24,377 bases of DNA from a virus. Its lineage: Duplodnaviria > Caudoviricetes. Shown piece after piece: positions 24,252-24,377 of this stretch. Below the pieces are notes generated by a model. It had not been told where the DNA came from and made no database searches. It worked only from the letters and a program-made list of their open reading frames with translations. The DNA lies in IMG/VR virus record IMGVR_UViG_3300030329_003852, positions 1-24,377 of that record, one strand, 5' to 3'. A program made the position numbers and the translations under genes. Within the stretch, counting starts at the first letter, position 1. Each line of letters starts with the position of its first letter.

Positions 24252-24377
24252 TTATGAGGTCTTAACAATGTTTCCTTCTTCATCAAAATCTAATCCACTA
24301 AACATTCCAATAGAAGAAGTGGTTATGGATTTACCTTGCTGATGCCTATTAGCTCTTTCTTCTAATTCATCAACATA
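24252..24377 (-). CDS. C-terminal fragment of a gene upstream of the capsid gene (5' end outside the window)
   Basis: Open frame ...YVDELEERANRHQQGKSITTSSIGMFSGLDFDEEGNIVKTS*. Confidence 0.65.
   Translation of the reverse strand, partial: YVDELEERANRHQQGKSITTSSIGMFSGLDFDEEGNIVKTS

Larger units (their letters stand above)
1..24377 (-). mobile_element. Tailed phage/prophage genome segment (siphovirus-like)
   Basis: Co-oriented, tightly coupled genes (many TAATG/ATGA overlaps) including capsid, lysozyme, tail tube, tape measure, SSB, exonuclease, MTases, replication initiator and resolvase. No bacterial housekeeping genes, integrase or att site visible. Confidence 0.95.

Noticed and set aside
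1-24377. Alternative genetic code / stop-codon reassignment
   Set aside because: Genes are full length and tightly packed under the standard bacterial code, with TAA, TAG and TGA all used as stops.

Overview
A 24.4-kb, AT-rich segment of a tailed dsDNA phage or prophage with a siphovirus-like non-contractile tail. Every credible gene is on the minus strand. Read in transcription order (right to left), the late/structural block (~24377 to 6725) holds the major capsid protein, a lysis cassette (GH24/T4-like lysozyme plus holin-like protein), three fibre/decoration-like proteins, a head-tail adaptor, an SNase nuclease, a tail terminator-like protein, the tail tube, a frameshifted tail-chaperone pair, the tape measure protein, a 1352-aa tail-tip protein ending in a dockerin domain, a 244-aa protein with a cohesin-like N-terminus, and a Dit-like protein. 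An intrinsic terminator (~6642-6677) and an AT-rich promoter follow. The early/replication block (~6561 to 1) holds a Zn-finger protein, an RHH regulator, a PD-(D/E)XK exonuclease, SSB, small membrane/lipoproteins, three DNA methyltransferases, a replication initiator and a RuvC-like resolvase. Main candidate novelties: (1) an apparent dockerin-cohesin pair in the tail tip; (2) intergenic stem-loop RNAs after ssb and after the capsid gene carrying segments antisense to translation-start regions of the phage's own early/replication genes; (3) strong CpG depletion next to two minimal C5-methyltransferases; (4) several small ORFs missed by the ORF track. All family calls are by motif recognition only; no database searches were run.
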